Shown: piece by piece, positions 54,501-64,000 of the stretch
Layout of the letters: each line of letters starts with the position of its first letter
Position numbering within the stretch: the stretch's first letter is position 1
NCBI GenBank assembly: GCA_964016885.1
Contig: OZ024746.1
Coordinates: 49,724,001-49,788,000 of the forward strand
DNA: 64,000 nucleotides
Reading direction: 5' to 3'
Source of the DNA: Eledone cirrhosa
Lineage: Eukaryota
Notes under the pieces: generated by a model
What the model was told of the DNA's origin: nothing
Databases searched by the model: none
What the model saw: only the letters and a program-made list of their open reading frames with translations
Translations under genes and position numbers: made by a program

Positions 54501-57234
54501 GTTAAACAGCACTTGACAGGGGCCATTGTCAACAACAGATAGTGGTACTCTCTCAAGAGGGAAGTTAGATTAGACTCGATAGTTTTTAGTAAAGAATTAG
54601 CGTTAGATAGAAATAGAACCGAGAAGGAACTGGTAGATAAAGTAGAAGAGGTAATTAGAAGTGGCAACGTAGCCAGCGTGCTCTGGGAAACGAGGGAGCC
54701 AAAGCTGTTAGCTGGGCCCGGGTGACGGAGGCAAAAAGTGGCAACAAGTCAACGATTCGGTCTTCGAAGGACCAAAACGGACACGTGAGCCGAAGCAGAT
54801 GTGTGCGGCCTTTAAGCGACACTTTCCTCAACTGTTTGGGAGGGGCGGCGCGCCGGGAGGGGCTATGGATTTCGGTCCATACCTCGACGGCCTACCTCGA
54901 CTCTCGGACAGCGAGGCAAAGTTCTGCGAAAAGCCGCTGAGATAGGGGACGCGCTGAGCCAATGCGGCAAACGAAAATCTACAGGTCTCGACGGTCTACC
55001 CTACGAATTTTACGTAGCAATGCCGGACTTATTCTCCGGTCTCCTGGAAGTGGTCTACTGCAACTGGCAACAGAACAGGAGAATTCCCAGTCCTGTAACC
55101 GGGGGCGTAGTCACACTAATAAGGAAGGACGAGAATAAGGGGGATGACATAGGCAACTTCCGGCCCATAACTCAGCTAAACACAGAGTTACAGATTTTGG
55201 CAAAGAGGCTGGCGCTTGTCGCCGAGAACCTGGTGGGAGAAGCGCAGACATGCGCAATCCCGACCAGGTCCATACACGACAACCTCCACCTCATGCGATA
55301 CATCATAGATAGGGTAGGGGGTAAACCCGGCTTCGGTGGGGCCCTGATCAACTTGAATCAGTCTAAGGCTTTCGATAGGGTTGACCATCGTTACCTGGAT
55401 GCGGTGCTCGAGGCGGCAGGCTTCGGACCCGTGTTCAGGGGCTGGATTGCTGCAATGCACAACAGCAACATCTGCTCAAGGGTCAAGGTGAACGGCTACC
55501 TCTCGGAGCCGTTCCATATTACGCGATCCATTCGACAGGGATGCCCTCTCTCCTCCCTTCTGTACGTACTGACTCTCGAGCCACTACTGCGGAAGCTGGA
55601 GCTATTGCAGGGCATCCCTCTGCAACCGGGACTGCGGAAAGCGGCGTCGGGCTACGCCGACGACGTGACGGTAATGGTGTCGAGCGCCTCGCAAATCGAG
55701 GAAGTCGGCACCTTACTGAAGGAATACGAAAGTTTCACAGGAGCGAAGCTGAACCGGGGTAAGTCCATCGGTTTGCAACTCGGATCGTGGAGTGGCAAAC
55801 CGATGCCTTCCGATGGCGTCGTCGGACGCTGGACGGAAGGACCGGTAAAGCTGTTCGGGGTCTGGTTTGGTCCGGACCTCCAGGTGGAGAAGAACTGGAA
55901 CGAAGTGACAGCCAAGGTGTTTGCACTCACCCAGAAGTGGGCCGAGTGCAAACTATCCTTGAAAGGTCGAGCGGAGGTGGCGAACACTTTTATAGCGTCC
56001 GCTATCTACTACCGCTTGACCGTCGTGCCTTGTCCAGCCAAAATGATCGCCAAAATGGAACGCGCGCTCCTCCGATTCCTTTGGAAGAGGCGGGCTCCTT
56101 TGGTGAGAAGATCCATCTGCTGCCAAAACCCTTCTAACGGAGGGCTGGGAATGCCGTGGTCGACGATGCGCAAACACGCGCTCAGGCTTTCCTCAGGTAT
56201 TCCTCACCGGAGAACAGGTGTGGGCCCCGTTCGTGATGCGAGCCTTCCCACGACTCGTCTCGCTGACCGAGCTGCAGTCCTGCAAAGACAGAGGAAAATG
56301 GGTGACTGGCACATCGAATGTGCTCAGGCGCTCACAACCCTCTGGCAAGCGGACCCGGCGATCAGTGGAGACTCCACTTCGTCATTCTATAGAGGGTTGA
56401 TCCGCAGCAAGTGCGACGACGCTCTCTGTGAAACTCTAGGCGTAGAGGAAGATGAACTGGCCAGTCTGTTCGGTAGGACCTTCCGCCCGGGACCGATGGA
56501 CAACTTCCAAAAGTCCCTGGCCTGGCAGTGCTACCGAGGAGCTCTACCAGTTCGAGACAAGCTCTACAGACATGGGCGCCCGGGCAGCGACCCTGCAAAA
56601 AAGATCTGTCCGAGGTGCGTGCGAGACGAAGAAACCGTCGCGCACGCATTCATACACTGTCCGGGCGTCACTGACCTGTGGTGCTATGTAGAACGACTAT
56701 TGTCGCGGGTGGGACCAATCTGGTTGACCACCGAGTCCATTGTCATGATCAAACCGCCACCCTCCTTCAAAAACGAAGGAGAGGCGGTTTTCCTTTGTGT
56801 GATAGCTATGGCGAAAGAGGTTGTATGGTGGACAAGGTTGAAAGGGCTGAGGTCAGACACCTTTCTCTCCGGCCAACAACTGATTCTTTCTTTCAAATAC
56901 CACTTTGGAAGAAGAATCAGGATGGGGGAGAGGTGCTGTACCCCAGCAAGTTTTATGAAAGGTGGGTGAAAGTGGCGAGAATGGCCCGAGTGAATGGGCC
57001 TTCTCTCTATATCAGCCTGTAGGTTGAGGAAAAGGAGTACAAACTCAAAGATGAGGGTTGCACATTTTTTTTCGGGGGTATGTGTTACCCATATAAACTG
57101 TCTCCTCCTATTGGGGAAAATCGACTAACTTTTTAAATTACATTTGTGATAATATTTTACACGTTTTTATTGTATGTAAACTTCCCCCTTTGTATTTGTC
57201 CCCTTCTTTTGTGCCCCTGTGGCTAATAAAGAAA
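51537..57234 (+). mobile_element. Full-length degenerate Tx1 LINE (copy B)
   Basis: Close paralogue of copy A; ORF2 starts MANIRVGCVNVRGL at 53704 and ends at 57022. Confidence 0.92.
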
Positions 57235-57294
57235 CATATCTATTTATATATCTTTCTTTCTCTCTTTTTTTCTTTCCTATGCATTTCCATATAT

Positions 57295-57340
<46 letters not shown>

Positions 57341-57343
<3 letters not shown>

Positions 57344-57545
57344 CGAGTAGGACCCCGACGGCTGAGCTCAAGCCGTTTCGACGGCTAATTCTGGACTAGA
57401 ATTAGAGTCCAGAATTAGCCGTCGAAACGGCTTGATCTCAGCCGCCGTCAGGGTCCTACTCGTTCCTATTACCCACTCTACTACCCTAAGTATTGAGTAC
57501 TTTGGTGCGTTATAGTCCACCTGGTTCCTTACCACATTTCCTTCG

Positions 57546-57548
<3 letters not shown>
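57341..57548 (+). mobile_element. PLE pLTR fragment starting with a 125-bp palindrome made from a half hammerhead
   Basis: Palindrome 57341-57465; same family as 6256-6452; (TA)n on both sides. Confidence 0.7.
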
Positions 57549-57598
<50 letters not shown>

Positions 57599-58042
57599 TA
57601 ACAAAGGCTGTGTGGGTACTTGATAAAGTATTTAGAAATAAAAGGAAACCGCAAACAAGGTACAGTCCCCTCCTCAGTTGTCTGCTGGAGGTTTCCGACA
57701 TATCAACGCATTAAAGACAATATGTCTATCTCCAGTGCCGCAATAAATTTTAAAAGTTATTGGGGAAGGAAAAAAGAGAGAGAAAAAATAAATTAAACAG
57801 AAGGGAAAAAAAGCAGAGAACATACCGAAAAAAGGGGGAACACGAGTGTGCGTGTTCGTGGGGGGTGGGGGCACATGTATGTAAGTAACCGGGAGAGAGA
57901 GAGAGAGATGGCAAACCGGCGGCTGAACATAAGTCCGAGATAGGGAGAGCGAAGAAAAACAAGTCTAACCTCGGCGGGAGTTGGCGAAAAGAGGCAGAGA
58001 CGAGAGAAACAGAAGCAGTAAGGGAGCAGAAAGAAAGAGAGT

Positions 58043-58116
<74 letters not shown>

Positions 58117-58279
58117 GAGAGAGAGAAAGGGAGAGAAAGAAAGGGAGAGAAAGAAAGAAAGGGAAAGAGTTATTAATAACAACAAGGGAAATGGAGAGAA
58201 AGAATAAGTCACAGCAAAAAATTAATTGCCATCCTTTTTTCATATTGGCGACGCGAACATGACTTGCTACTCCTGTCAA

Positions 58280-58900
58280 GGACTTAAATTCGTTTCTATA
58301 TATGCTGAAGAGAATAAATATTTTAAAAAAACCAAAGAACTTTTATCAGCTATAGCCAGCCTTGCTCATGCAACACACATGAAAACCATTCAGCTCAGGC
58401 GACGCTTCTACTTGAAGCTTCTTTAAGTGAAGAAAGGCTTTGCACTGGACCAATCCCAGAATGCCAAGAAACGTATCGTAAAACTGCAAGTGTTGAGGCA
58501 ATTGGAATCTAGCTGACTTGGTCACACTAGTAATAAAATAAGTGGATGAATCAAAAGCTATTATCAGAAGTATGTATTGACAAAGAAATACTTTGTTGAG
58601 TTAGACAATGAAAAGGGAATTCAAAATGTCAATGTGGAAGATTTCGAGGAGTTAATAGAATTTCACAGTAAAGTTTTATCTGTTGAAGTGCTGCAGGATT
58701 TAATTCAGTAATGCATCGAAAATGAGCCTGAAGATCATGCTGATATCAACAAAATTACGATTTAATCTCTCAGAAAATCTGGTATCAAGAAAATGGTAGG
58801 TTAGTTTATTGAGAAATGCACTTCCTGAGAAGACATAATATCCGGATATTATGAATTGTTTCATGAGAGAAGACTGAAGTATATACACACACGGCATTAG
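58280..58900 (+). pseudogene. Highly decayed pogo/Tigger transposase remnant
   Basis: NVEDFEELIEFHSKVLSVEVLQDLIQ (~58631-58708) resembles the Tigger C-terminal DVEELLxSHxxELTxEDL motif. Confidence 0.4.
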
Positions 58901-59821
58901 ATGCATTCATCCATTGGGCGAGGAAGAGGCATAACGTTGTTTCTCTTCTCATAGAACAGTTTTGGTTGAATTTCTCACTGTTGCATTTTAACTTAATTAA
59001 TGGTTACTAGGCTTGTATGCTGAATGATTAATTTGATTAATTTAACCGAGTTCACAATTCCATTATAACATTAGGTCTTAATCTATATATAAATTTGAGC
59101 GACTTCCGTCCATCACACAATGTGTGTGTGAAAAGAAAACTAGCAAAACAGCGACTGGCGTTCCATTTTATACGCTGTGTGTCAGTGTATGTGTGTGTTT
59201 GTGTAAATGTATGTATGTATGTGTGTGTTTGTGTGAATGTATGCGTGTGTTTGTGTGTGTTTGTTTGAATGTATGCGTGTGCTTGTGTAAATGTATGTGT
59301 ATGTGTGTGTTTATGTGAATGTATGTGTGTGTTTGTGTGAATGTATGCGTGTATTTGTGTGAATGTATATCTGTGAGTGTGTATTTTTCTAAGTGTGTCT
59401 GTGTTTGTTCGTTTATATTTATATACTCATACATATAAATGTGTGCATATGCACATACACACGCGCACACTCATATACAAATTAAACTTTTAAAAAAATT
59501 ATCCTATTTATAGAGCACTATGTGTGATATCACATTGTGTGAGATTATCTAATTAATAATATTAGATATGCTTGGAGGGTACATTAGGGTATTTTTTTTC
59601 GGTCATTTCGTGATGTCTTCATTTCTATCCGTATCCCTTTTAAAAATAGTTTATCAAGGTGGCACATATATTTGTGGTGTATTATAGCAACCTTTTAACG
59701 CTGTTCTGTTCAGTGGCGTATTCTTAGCAACGTATCTAGAACGCTAACCAAGGTACTACGGTCTAGATATATAATATAATATAATATAATATAATATGAT
59801 AATAATAGTAATAATAATAAT

Positions 59822-59870
59822 ATGTTAATGGCTGCGCAGGAGCAGGCTCTCAAAACGAAGTGGTTGAAAC
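59822..59870 (+). pseudogene. Tiny R4/Dong-like retrotransposon fragment after (TAA)n
   Basis: Encodes MLMAAQEQALKTKWLK, similar to the AAQDQALxT motif of RLE-type R4/Dong elements. Confidence 0.35.
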
Positions 59871-59879
59871 GCCATTTTT

Positions 59880-61570
59880 ATTAAGTCTGTCTATATATTT
59901 ATTTATTTATTTGCTTGTTTGTTTATTTTATTTTGTCTTCTTTGCGCATGCGTTTGCGTGTGTGTATAGTGTTTTGTTTGATGTGTGATGTGTGTTCGTG
60001 ATTGGGTGACTAATGTGTGTTTATGTGTTTGTTGTTATTGTGCTTGTGTATGTATTTATTTATTTATTTATTTATTTATTTTATTTTATTTTATTTTATT
60101 TACTTATTTATACTTCTCTTAGGTCAGTGTTGTTTGTTTGGGTGTTGTTATTATTCCATTCATTCTTTCTGTTTAGTCTTGGTCTTCTAAGTTCTATTTC
60201 ACTGGCCTCTCTGATTTGCCTATCTGCTGGGTCATTTCTATGTTTAGATATTATTCTAATTTCTATGTTGTCTATGTTACCGTCATGTTGTTGTCTGGCA
60301 TGTTCGTATAGTACTGACCCGTTTTTTCGTCCTTTTAGTTCCCCCCAGTGTTGGTCTATCCTTTCACCTATGCTACGAGCTGTCTCACCTATGTATGTTG
60401 TTGTCATGTTTCTGCAGGTACCCTCTGTACATCTTATGCTATAGACTACGTTTCTAGTTTTACAGTTTATCCGGGGGTTTACCTTACATATGATACATTT
60501 CCTATTGGTACAGTGGGTTTTCTTAAAAGGGTAGGTTTTGCTGATCAGGGATTTTATGGTGGTTCCTGGCTTTTCTACCACCTTAATTTTTAAGTGGGTC
60601 TTTCTAAGGGCCTTTCTACACTGGTTAGCTAATTTCCTTCCAGGGGTAGCGTCCACAAACATGACACTCTGGTATCTCTGGTTGTCGTACCATGAGGTGG
60701 CTTTCCCTATCTTATGTCTAGCCCTATCTAAGCTATTCCATGATTTGCTCCTGTATAATGGGCAAATTCCTTTCATGTCCAGTTCTATGAGGGTCTTATA
60801 CTTCTCCATGGCTCCTTCGTATACTCTGACTCTGTCTCTTTGGTTGTAGCCAGAGAACTGCATGCGGTTGATGAAGTGTTGGATGTGTCTTTCCATTTCT
60901 GTTGGGTCGCACATGCGGGACACATTCTTCATCACTCGTACCAAATCTGCGATCAGAATATTAAACTTAGCACTACTGGACATTGCTGAGTTTTTGAGTA
61001 TCAGGTATTTGGAGGCCATGGGTTTAGCATAGTGTGAGTGGAGAATTTGGGCTCTCTCGTCTATAGTGCTAATCCAGAGTTCTGTGTCTAATACAGGTAG
61101 TCTATTGTTAGGGTGTTTGGAAGGGAAGTCGATAGTTACAGTTATACTCTGGTGTATGGAATTAGCTATCTGCTGGATGCTTTCCATTGTGCTACGTTCT
61201 AAATCAAACTTGTTAGTGCTCTCTAGTGGGGATGTTCTTATAACTATATTAATATCGTCTACATAACGAGAGTACATGATGGCGTAGCCATACAATTAAA
61301 CAGGAGGAAACAATAGCACCACTGACGATTTTGCAGATGTGCAACGAAAGATTTATGATAAACTATATATATGTGTTTGTGTCTATATTGTGTCTGTATT
61401 ATTTTTGACCGTCGGTCAGTCAATGGCAACATTGAGGACCGAGTATATTATATTATATTAGATTACCGATATAAAAGACACAGAAGCAAAAAGCGAGAAC
61501 CAACCAAACAGTGAGTGTGTTCTGTTATTAATTCTGGCAATATTACACAAATATGACCCTCCCCAAGTAT

Positions 61571-61575
<5 letters not shown>
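59880..61575 (-). mobile_element. Penelope-like element (YVDD type) with 5' pLTR part and internally deleted ORF
   Basis: ORF 60108-61295: YSRYVDD, LPVLD, KPMAS, Cys-rich linker, VVY...YIGETARS; 61363-61570 matches the 7308-7506 pLTR arm. Confidence 0.85.
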
Positions 61576-61634
<59 letters not shown>

Positions 61635-62005
61635 ATGTGTGTGCGTGTATGTGTGTGTGCATACATATATATATATATGCATTCTTACTAGTGAAATACT
61701 AGGTACGTAAGGAAACTATAAAACAAAGATAACTGGTAGCCAAGTTGGAATTGTATCAAGATTTTCTGATGATTTTTACCTTACTATTTTCTGCTTATTC
61801 TTATGTGTTTGTGTACATTTTACGTGAATATACATTAAAAGAAGAAAATCCCATTGGACTACAGAGGCCAGTAAAACTAGATTCAGTAGCATTGGCTTTA
61901 AACTCATTCTAAGCACACACAGGCAGACTCGATTTCGATCCCAACGTGTGTCATCTTAGCACACAATTCTGAGGGATATTTGTCTGACAGTCTACACAGA
62001 AGAAC

Positions 62006-62070
<65 letters not shown>

Positions 62071-62071
<1 letters not shown>

Positions 62072-64000
62072 GATAGAGTAAGACACGCTTCGCATCGGCT
62101 CCGCTATTCCATCGGGATTTACCCTTACTATTGTAAGTACCGGATAAATTTTTTAGTGCAACACATTTGGAACACTAACCCCTGTTATTTAGGGAAACAT
62201 TTTTGCATTTACCCCCTTTTTAGGGGGTAAAATAAATATCTATTTTTGCCGAAAAATTTCTTTCTTGGCAGCATGGCGGAAAAGATGGCAGACATGTCTG
62301 CCATTAGCTCTGCCACGCCCCCCAAGTCTGAAGAACAAAAAATAATTACAACAAAATTAGACATTGAAACAAACAAACAAAATGAAAAAACAAATGTTAA
62401 GGAAAATGAGCAAACAGAAAACAAACAAACAGAAAATAATACAAATAACGACAGGGCAACTTTCGCCCAGAAAACAAAGCAATCCATTACATACACACCA
62501 ATTGACCTAACTGCCGCCAGAGAAAAACTGGCCGAAGCAAAGAAACATATTGTTTTGGGGGAAAACGGAATGTTTTCCATTAACTCCCCCCCAGAATTCA
62601 AGAAAGCCAGAGCAGAAAACACAGTTATATACAGAACTATACTAAACCAGTCAAGAAAGCCAGCACAGCCCAGCCAAATGGAAATAGAGTTAGTCCTAAA
62701 AGACTATATGAAGAATATTCTCTTCATACGAAAGGACCGACTCTATGGCAGCATTTCGGTCCTAACAAGAGACAAAGAAACGGCGGTTCAGCTTTCCCTA
62801 AGCCCACTCTCGTCGACAACATATAGCTTCTATCCCTCCTACATGGGTAGAAGAACTCAGAGAATAAAAGTAAAAACAATGCTGCCCACAATGGACTTCT
62901 GGTGGGCTATTGCTGGCTTCATTGATATGGGCGAAGACACTATGCTGTCAATGGGGAAGGCAACTGGAGATGCGTTCCTGGGAATGGGCCTCGACATACT
63001 AGTCCAAATGAGGCCCGAAAGAATAGCACAAATCCCGGATCGCATCTGGCTGGATGACCTTACCCCAATAGACATAATTGTAGAGGGGAGAAGACCAGCA
63101 TGCTATTTATGCATGGAAAGGGGACACGTTAAGGCTAACTGCCCGAAACGTATCCCCCAAAAAGGACTATTGCCCACACCCACCACAAACAGTACACCAG
63201 CACCACCCACCTCCAAAAATACACTAATACCACACACAGCAAACAAAATACAGACACCACCAACCACAAACACAACACAAACATCACCACCACCAGCACC
63301 AAACACAAGCACGACACAAAAATCACCACCACCAACCACAACACAAACATCACCACCACCATTACCAACCACAAGCACGACACAAACATTACCACCACCA
63401 CCACCACAAAACCCATTCCAAACAAATAATAAAAAAAACAGTAACAAATCTACCCCTCCCGCAAAAAAAAAACAACCACACAACACGTCCCTCCCACCTA
63501 GCGCTGAAGAGTTTCCCCCAACTTCTGAAGAAGAAGGAGGAGAAGCCTTCAGACAAGTTAAAAGAAAAAAAAGAAAACACACACCCAGCACACCACAAAT
63601 AACCCACACACAAACACCAACTCCAATCAAAAACACCCCACCCTCAACAAACAAAAATAAATCTGCGCCTCCCCTCTCCGAAACATTGACAGCATCACAA
63701 AAAAAGACGTTGCAATACACATATATAAATAAAGAAAACAAAAAACTGGTTAAATTAATAAACAATAACCCTATGGTGCAGACCGAAGGGCCAAACTTTA
63801 TCTCAACAGAGAACTTCACCCATTTAAAAATGATAAAGGTCCCTCTGGACCTTTATCGTTCCTTAAAAGAACAATTTAGACGGGACGTGAGCCCCCCCTG
63901 TTTAAAACCGTTGAATCGCGTCCTCTTGAAAGATTTCCCCATAACCGCCCCTCTCCCTGACACAACTCCAAATACCCCAACCCCACCACACACGTGTACC
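62071..64000 (+). mobile_element. 5' part of a further Tx1 subfamily after the (TATC)n tract at 62041-62070; runs off the window
   Basis: ORF1 homologous to the other copies. Confidence 0.88.
62273..64000 (+). CDS. Tx1 ORF1, apparently open to the window end (incomplete)
   Basis: MAEKMADMS...TFAQKT...GENGMFSINSP...YMGRRTQRI...CYLCMERGHVKANC translated by hand; no stop-terminated ORF is reported for this frame in the track. Confidence 0.8.
   Translation, partial: MAEKMADMSAISSATPPKSEEQKIITTKLDIETNKQNEKTNVKENEQTENKQTENNTNNDRATFAQKTKQSITYTPIDLTAAREKLAEAKKHIVLGENGMFSINSPPEFKKARAENTVIYRTILNQSRKPAQPSQMEIELVLKDYMKNILFIRKDRLYGSISVLTRDKETAVQLSLSPLSSTTYSFYPSYMGRRTQRIKVKTMLPTMDFWWAIAGFIDMGEDTMLSMGKATGDAFLGMGLDILVQMRPERIAQIPDRIWLDDLTPIDIIVEGRRPACYLCMERGHVKANCPKRIPQKGLLPTPTTNSTPAPPTSKNTLIPHTANKIQTPPTTNTTQTSPPPAPNTSTTQKSPPPTTTQTSPPPLPTTSTTQTLPPPPPQNPFQTNNKKNSNKSTPPAKKKQPHNTSLPPSAEEFPPTSEEEGGEAFRQVKRKKRKHTPSTPQITHTQTPTPIKNTPPSTNKNKSAPPLSETLTASQKKTLQYTYINKENKKLVKLINNNPMVQTEGPNFISTENFTHLKMIKVPLDLYRSLKEQFRRDVSPPCLKPLNRVLLKDFPITAPLPDTTPNTPTPPHTCT

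Noticed and set aside
21453-56896. Many antisense and alternative-frame ORFs over the Tx1 copies
   Set aside because: Shadows of GC-rich ORF2 or AC-rich ORF1; no motifs and no independent support
43651-57240. Regular repeat-spacer alternation resembling a CRISPR array
   Set aside because: The repeats are TATC microsatellites and the spacers are LINE copies; eukaryotic context with no cas genes
59082-59766. Second Helitron (tctatatataaa start, ctag end)
   Set aside because: No clear subterminal hairpin and CTAG is not followed by T; insufficient support

Overview
AT-rich eukaryotic intergenic/intronic DNA made almost entirely of (TA)n/(CA)n/(TATC)n microsatellites and transposable elements. 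No host gene exon was recognised. The SINE motifs and repeat landscape suggest an octopus/cephalopod (inference). Contents: (1) at least five Penelope-like retroelement (PLE) insertions, several with inverted arms and ends in (TA)n; one carries an intact 819-aa RT-GIY-YIG ORF. (2) 15 complete type I hammerhead ribozyme (HHR) cores read by eye. (3) Six Tx1/L1-clade LINE copies of several subfamilies, all beside (TATC)n tracts in the same orientation, four of them in a head-to-tail array. (4) An intact DD37D/maT transposon. (5) Remnants of CR1, RTE, CRE, R4/Dong, Helitron, pogo/Tigger and tRNA-SINE elements. The most notable signal is a family of three diverged, non-coding 420-470 bp elements (6530-7008, 29907-30398, 42850-43298). 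Each has one minimal HHR inside a covarying long stem, a conserved octamer ATGCAAAT and short terminal direct repeats, and one copy is circularly permuted relative to the others. This looks like a retrozyme (self-cleaving circular RNA) family, possibly with an snRNA-type promoter, mobilised by the local Penelope machinery. All calls come from manual reading; no searches were run, and boundaries are approximate to a few bases.
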